This document shows positions 63,002 to 64,000 of a stretch of 64,000 bases of DNA, in pieces. The position numbers were made by a program, and so were the translations under genes. This stretch comes from a virus: IMG/VR virus record IMGVR_UViG_3300050343_000110. One strand, given 5' to 3'. Position 1 is the first letter of the stretch. Each line of letters opens with the position of its first letter. Under the pieces are notes generated by a model that did no database searches, had not been told where the DNA came from, and saw only the letters and a program-made list of their open reading frames with translations.

Positions 63002-63073
63002 TAAGCCATTGATTTTACTAGCGAATTTAATGCCAAATTAGGCCTTGACTTGCTCTGAGAACAATGGTATAAT
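63002..63073 (+). promoter_or_regulatory. IHF-like site plus early promoter with operator variant
   Basis: TAAGCCATTGATT; TTGACT-TGCTCTGAGAACAATGG-TATAAT. Confidence 0.78.
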
Positions 63074-63105
63074 AGCTATATAATCAGAGAGTAAGGAGAG
63101 TTCAC

Positions 63106-63519
63106 ATGGCATACATTTCAACCCCAGAGGTAGCAGCGATTCGGAAACAACTGAAGGAGCAGCTTCCACAGTATAAGTTCTCTGTCAAGAAGGATCATCA
63201 TTCTTCTGTTACGGTAGCATTTATGAAAGGCCCTGCATGGAAAGAGTTCCAGACTCGTGATAGGTACACTGGTGAGTACAGTGAAGCTACTATGGATGGC
63301 CATGAACAGTTGAATCATCGCTGGGCGAATGACTTCTATGGTGAGGAGAATGGTGCTATCATTCAGAAGGTAGAGAAGATTATCAAGACTGCTCCCTTTA
63401 TGGAAGGTGTCGGAGATATGTGGTTTGACGAAAGTGATTCGCAAAGTGACTACTTTCACACTGCATATTACATGAGTATTCACATTGGTAAATGGGATAA
63501 GGATTATCAGGTAGTCTGA
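63106..63519 (+). CDS. Early protein, LPD29-like domain
   Basis: A.IRK.LK...P..KFSV, D..SDYF motifs. Confidence 0.6.
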   Translation: MAYISTPEVAAIRKQLKEQLPQYKFSVKKDHHSSVTVAFMKGPAWKEFQTRDRYTGEYSEATMDGHEQLNHRWANDFYGEENGAIIQKVEKIIKTAPFMEGVGDMWFDESDSQSDYFHTAYYMSIHIGKWDKDYQVV

Positions 63520-63907
63520 AGCCCTTGCTGGTCAACGGTTACAGGGCAGCCAAATTAATTTAAATTATTTTAGCGAAAGCCCTTGACAAGCTGTTGACAG
63601 CCTGGTAACATAGCTATGTTGATAATGAGAAAGGATAAGAGTTTATGAGTTATTCAAATTTAATTGCTGAGTTGTCTACGAGTGTTGATCAAGGTATCTT
63701 TACTTCTAAGAGATATCTAACATCAACCATGAAGAGATGCACTACGGCCCAGAGAACAAGAAGGACTGTCCATGTGATACCTGTCCTATGATGCAACAGT
63801 GTCTAGAGAATGTCACTGAGTGTTCTGCCATGAGGAATTGGTGTTCTAAGGGAGACTTCGCTGATAAGGACTCTGATGAGGTTAGTTAGGGGTGCTGCAT
63901 AAAGGTG

Positions 63908-63954
63908 TTGACAAACCGCTGTGATTATGGTAGTATAATAGGGTAAGTGATTCG
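63908..63954 (+). promoter_or_regulatory. sigma70 promoter followed by TGATTCG
   Basis: TTGACA-17-TAGTAT; motif at 63948. Confidence 0.65.
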
Positions 63955-64000
63955 GCTGTACCCCTAAAGCTGAGAAACAGTTTGTAATCTATAAATGCAA

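Noticed and set aside
63540-63575. CtrA boxes at AT-rich promoter flanks
   Set aside because: TTAA half-sites are present but I found no clean TTAA-N7-TTAA
1-64000. Alternative genetic code
   Set aside because: All three stop codons end genes at expected positions and core genes translate fully in code 11

Overview
A 64-kb segment of a large, AT-rich T4-like (myovirus) phage genome. The gene set resembles marine T4-like phages and the host is very likely an alphaproteobacterium: the tmRNA is the two-piece alphaproteobacterial type and YGATTCG (CcrM/GcrA-type) motifs sit at promoters. Core genes: uvsX, gp41, gp61, nrdA, grx-nrdB, rnh, gp33, gp59, thyX, gp32, phoH, mazG, spanins, a GH108 lysozyme and baseplate/neck genes (gp26/51, 54, 2, 4, 48, 53). 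Translation genes: tRNA-Arg, bS21 and tmRNA. A late block (3.5-15.6 kb) encodes probable head-packaged enzymes. Islands of small early genes (24.7-26.9, 30.5-32.2, 54.9-64 kb) share one promoter design. Many genes carry single-base indels that look like long-read errors. Best leads: (1) a modular early-promoter system (IHF-like site, 13-bp palindromic operator, helically phased GcrA/CcrM motifs) plus a CU-rich anti-Shine-Dalgarno sRNA; (2) a permuted tmRNA whose intervening loop carries an ORF; (3) a probable lambda G/GT-type -1 frameshift joining gp26 and gp51; (4) a Rieske oxygenase lacking its Rieske cluster; (5) a capsid-targeted enzyme kit (ligase-like, nucleotidyltransferase, kinase, phosphatases); (6) a three-gene exported module with disulfide-type repeats. 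All family calls come from motif recognition by eye; no searches were run.
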